From contig MU054187.1 in NCBI GenBank assembly GCA_013239625.1, forward strand, positions 15,826,941-15,890,940: a stretch of 64,000 bases of DNA, read 5' to 3'. Each line of letters starts with the position of its first letter. Positions within the stretch are counted from its first letter, which is position 1. Below, one piece after another: positions 63,105-64,000 of the stretch. Source of the DNA: Lama guanicoe (taxonomy: Eukaryota). The notes beneath the pieces were generated by a model. It made no database searches, was not told where the DNA came from, and saw only the letters and a program-made list of their open reading frames with translations. A program made the position numbers and the translations under genes.

Positions 63105-64000
63105 CTGCTTCTAGGTAACGTAGAGTAATAAGGATGAGAAATACCTTCCTGCCTGAAACAATTAAAAGCCATCCAAAACAATGCTTTGTAGACCTTGAAC
63201 ACTGGACTACATAGGACAGAGACCACTGAGACAAGATTAGCAATGGAGAAGCCCCAAAATTGTCCCAGCTTACTTCTTGGAGGGAAATTCTAGGACACAG
63301 TATAATAGGGGCCACCAAGATGGAGTTCAGCCATTTCCTTAAGGTTAAGGAGATAGAGTTGGGAGTCCAGGGAGGTGGCAGCACCTCAAATTCCCAGGAC
63401 AGATTATCAGAGAGGAGAGGACTGCACAGAGAACTCCAGAGATCAGCAGAGGATCACCCTCACGTCTTCAGCTGAGTACTGGTCAGTACATCCATGTGAG
63501 GAAAGTACCCAAGGCTGAAAAACAAATAAACAAACAAAAGCAACAAAGGAAAGAAGCCTCATAATTCATAAAAGTTGGTGAATTTATATTACCACCAGCC
63601 AGAGTGGAAAACCTTGTCATCCACAGGACATCAGATAGAGTACATAGAAAGATGTTGCCTCAGTAGTGGAGCAAAATTAGTCTTAGATTAAAAACTAATC
63701 TGGTCTTGCATATTAAAACTTAAAAGCGAAACTCAAATGGATCAAGCTTTTTCTAAGCAGCTTAACTGCATCCCTGTACAATGTGTAGAAATACAAAAAT
63801 ATCCAGCACTCAATAATGTAAGGTTAAAAATACCTGGCACGCAATCAAAAATTACCAGAGATGTAAAGAAACAGAGAAATACAACCTGCAATAAAGAAAA
63901 AACTCAATTGATAACAACACAGTGAAAAATGATAAAGATTATATAATTAGTAGAAAAAGGAAAAAAATATGACTATATTCCATATGTTCAGGAAAGTAGA
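63105..64000 (+). mobile_element. Old LINE-1 5' region (L1MC/L1MD-type 5' end into ORF1 start), running off the window
   Basis: 'ccttcctgcctgaaacaa...cactgagacaag...tgtcccagcttacttcttggag', then A-rich 'aatatccagcactcaataatgtaagg...caatcaaaaattaccagagatgtaaagaaacagagaaat'. Confidence 0.7.

Noticed and set aside
63028..63475. Overlapping 118-aa and 71-aa ORFs
   Set aside because: Lie in a microsatellite and an L1 5' region
1..64000. The supplied 60-135 aa ORFs as genes
   Set aside because: Short, often with non-ATG starts, lying in repeats or low-complexity DNA, and with no recognisable domains; only 22349..22534 has homology (TACC3 pseudogene)
1..64000. CRISPR array, operon or other prokaryotic/viral system
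   Set aside because: No regularly spaced repeats, long ORFs or compositionally foreign block seen; the sequence is typical mammalian DNA throughout

Overview
AT-rich, CpG-depleted mammalian genomic DNA, either intergenic or deep-intronic. It is almost certainly camelid (alpaca/camel): it carries three copies of the tRNA-derived vic-1-type SINE and a cetartiodactyl MER41-like LTR, and I see no Alu, Bov-B/Bov-tA or PRE-1 elements. I recognise no intact protein-coding gene, rRNA, tRNA, CRISPR array or prokaryotic-type system, and all supplied ORFs but one look like chance ORFs. The one recognisable coding relic is a 5'-truncated, frameshifted TACC3 processed pseudogene (~22278-22534), wedged between an MLT1A LTR and scrambled L1 fragments. 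Much of the window is old interspersed repeat (L2, MIR, L1M, MaLR/ERVL LTRs, hAT MER elements). Repeat family names and boundaries were assigned by eye from remembered consensus sequences and are approximate. The best leads are the TACC3 retrocopy with a microsatellite at its junction, a SINE with apparent 3' transduction, a tail-only retro-insertion, a possible LTR-driven spliced minus-strand transcript, a strong orphan plus-strand exon and several candidate enhancers. None amounts to a demonstrated new biological system.
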